A stretch of 63,502 nucleotides of DNA, the filler included, from Octopus bimaculoides (taxonomy: Eukaryota): the NCBI RefSeq assembly GCF_001194135.2. It is 5 parts of 5 records of this genome, joined end to end, with 100 filler letters (N's around TTAATTAATTAA, not from the genome) between each part and the next. Parts side by side here need not be neighbours in the genome. Positions count along the whole stretch, not along the records: positions 61,171 to 63,502 come from NW_026432201.1; 4 more parts are not named here. The stretch is one strand, 5' to 3'. How positions within the stretch are numbered: the first letter of the stretch is position 1; the number at the start of each line of letters is the position of its first letter. Shown here one piece after another: positions 61,822 through 63,502 of the stretch. The position numbers were made by a program, and so were the translations under genes. Below the pieces are notes generated by a model, which was not told the origin of the DNA, did no database searches, and saw nothing but the letters and a program-made list of their open reading frames with translations.

Positions 61822-62631
61822 TTACACAAGATTATTTAGAGTGTCTGTACTCAGGAAGTTGTGGTCAGTGAGCAGAGCTGTAGTTGAGCGTCGGATGCTG
61901 AGACTTGTGTTACCTGGTACGGAATATTCTAGTTGGTTAGTTCTGACTGTTGTCCGTGAGTGGATACTCCACTCATACAGTGAAGATAAAACCGAGTGTG
62001 TTGATATTGGTGTGTCCCTGGTGGTGGGGTTGTTGGCGCACGACATTGTAGTAGACAGTACATTGGTGGTGAAGACGTCGGCGCTGGAACTGGCTATAGC
62101 TGTGTTCTGTATGTGTGTGGTGCGAATGATGTCNNNNNNNNNNNNNNNNNNNNNNNNNNNNNNNNNNNNNNNNNNNNNNNNNNNNNNNNNNNNNNNNNNN
62201 NNNNNNNNNNNNNNNNNNNAGACTTGTGTTACCTGGTACGGAATATTCTAGTTGGTTAGTTCTGACTGTTGTCCGTGAGTGGATACTCCACTCATACAGT
62301 GAAGATAAAACCGAGTGTGTTGATATTGGTGTGTCCCTGGTGGTGGGGTTGTTGGCGCACGACATTGTAGTAGACAGTACATTGGTGGTGAAGACGTCGG
62401 CGCTGGAACTGGCTATAGCTGTGTTCTGTATGTGTGTGGTGCGAATGATGTGGTGAAGACGTCGGCGCTGGAACTGGCTATAGCTGTGTTCTGTATGTGT
62501 GTGGTGCGAATGATGTCATGTTGAAAGGTTAGGCAAAGTGTTTGCTGTAGTATTTGATATAGATCAAGTGGAAGGAATTTTCCCTCTCTACTTCTATTAG
62601 GTAGGAGAAATATATGAATTTGAATGAGCAA
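61822..62631 (-). CDS. Candidate Thr/Ser-rich coding exon, unidentified and obscured by a duplicated contig overlap
   Basis: Collapsing the duplications gives about 141 open codons (..HDIIRTTHIQNTAIASSSADVFTTNVLSTTMSCANNPTTR..NNLV*). No recognisable domain, and compositional skew favours long ORFs. Confidence 0.2.
61901..62516. other. Gap-spanning exact duplication (61901-62132 = 62220-62451) plus a 65-bp tandem (62387-62451 = 62452-62516)
   Basis: Identical by eye across the gap at 62134-62219; probable assembly artefact. Confidence 0.85.
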
Positions 62632-63100
62632 TAGCTGGAATATTTATTACAAGACTGGTGTGATAAAGAGTAATGTTTTGATGGTGGAGCATAATTCTTC
62701 TGTTTTGTGTTGATAATGGTGGTAGAGGAGGAAGAGCAAGGGAAAGCTTTCAGTTGTCATTGTTCACTATGTTGTGTAATACAACAATGTGAGAGACCAG
62801 CTAGAGCTGTAATGAAACTTTAATTCCATATTAAAAGGAATCTAAAAACAATTTCATCAGCTGAAAGCATGAATTCCACCACTTCCAAAATAACTCTTGA
62901 TTGCATCTCATTTTTCTGTCTAACTAATAGGTCATTATGCTGATGAATTTTAATGGCTTTCTACAGCAACTAAATTATCAAAAAAGAAAGATGTTTGTAC
63001 ATGTTTTTACTCTTGTCCAGTTGTTCTTTTGACAGGGCATATGAGCATATACAATAAGCTTATCATTATTATTATTATTTTTGTTGCTGTTGTTATTAGT

Positions 63101-63365
63101 GAGGGTGCATAGCCTAGTGGTTAGAGTGTTGCACTCGCAATCACTAGATTGTGATTTCAATTCCTAGACCAGGTAATACATTGTGTTCTTGCGCAAAACA
63201 CATCATCTCATGTTGCTCTGCAGTTATTTCAGTACCTGTCCAGACAACATTGATTTAATAGAGAGTGTGAGCTAATGTGTGGTACAAACATTTGATCACT
63301 ATAAACAAATCATTTGTGCTGGCCATTCTGCAAAAGCTGAATGCTCATACATTGTCTTTGACAAG
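63101..63365 (+). mobile_element. SINE family B, tail type 3
   Basis: gcatagcctagtggttagagtgttgcactc..gtgatttcaattcct..ttgtgttcttg.gcaaaacac then a tail unlike types 1 and 2. Confidence 0.8.
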
Positions 63366-63392
63366 AGAGTCCATCATTATTATTATTACTAT

Positions 63393-63502
63393 TAAGGTGG
63401 TAAGCTGGCAGAATCATTAGCATACAAGGTAAAATACTTAGCAGCATTTCACCCATCTTTATGTTCTGAGTTCAAATTCCACCAAGGTCGACTTTGCCTT
63501 TC
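63393..63502 (+). mobile_element. SINE family C after (TTA)n, cut by the window end
   Basis: aaggtggtaagctggcagaatcattagc..ctgagttcaaattcc..aggtcgactttgcctttc. Confidence 0.9.

Overview
AT-rich eukaryotic, repeat-saturated DNA with many N-gaps, most of them next to microsatellites. The SINE families, microsatellite density and N44-TTAATTAATTAA-N44 gap markers suggest a cephalopod (Octopus-like) draft assembly; this is inference. I found no protein-coding gene I can support. Nearly all listed ORFs are translations of microsatellites or gaps, so the window is probably a large intron or intergenic region. What it does contain: (1) many tRNA-derived SINEs in three working families (my labels A, B, C); (2) fossils of R4/Dong-clade RLE non-LTR retrotransposons, a Penelope-like RT, mariner, hAT, a probable Chapaev3-type transposase, a CR1/L2-type 3' end and a Helentron/HINE-like element; (3) two long fold-back palindromes, a 25-bp hairpin, and 24-bp and 17-bp minisatellites. 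The most interesting signals are two. First, an apparent (AAT)n-targeting system: R4/Dong 3' fragments and a discrete ~560-bp non-coding element (4 copies) stack inside (AAT)n tracts, always in the same orientation relative to the repeat. Second, a near-canonical type I hammerhead ribozyme at 43098-43159, with weaker relatives elsewhere. All family names come from motifs recognised by eye and need Dfam/Repbase/HMM confirmation. Many boundaries are approximate.
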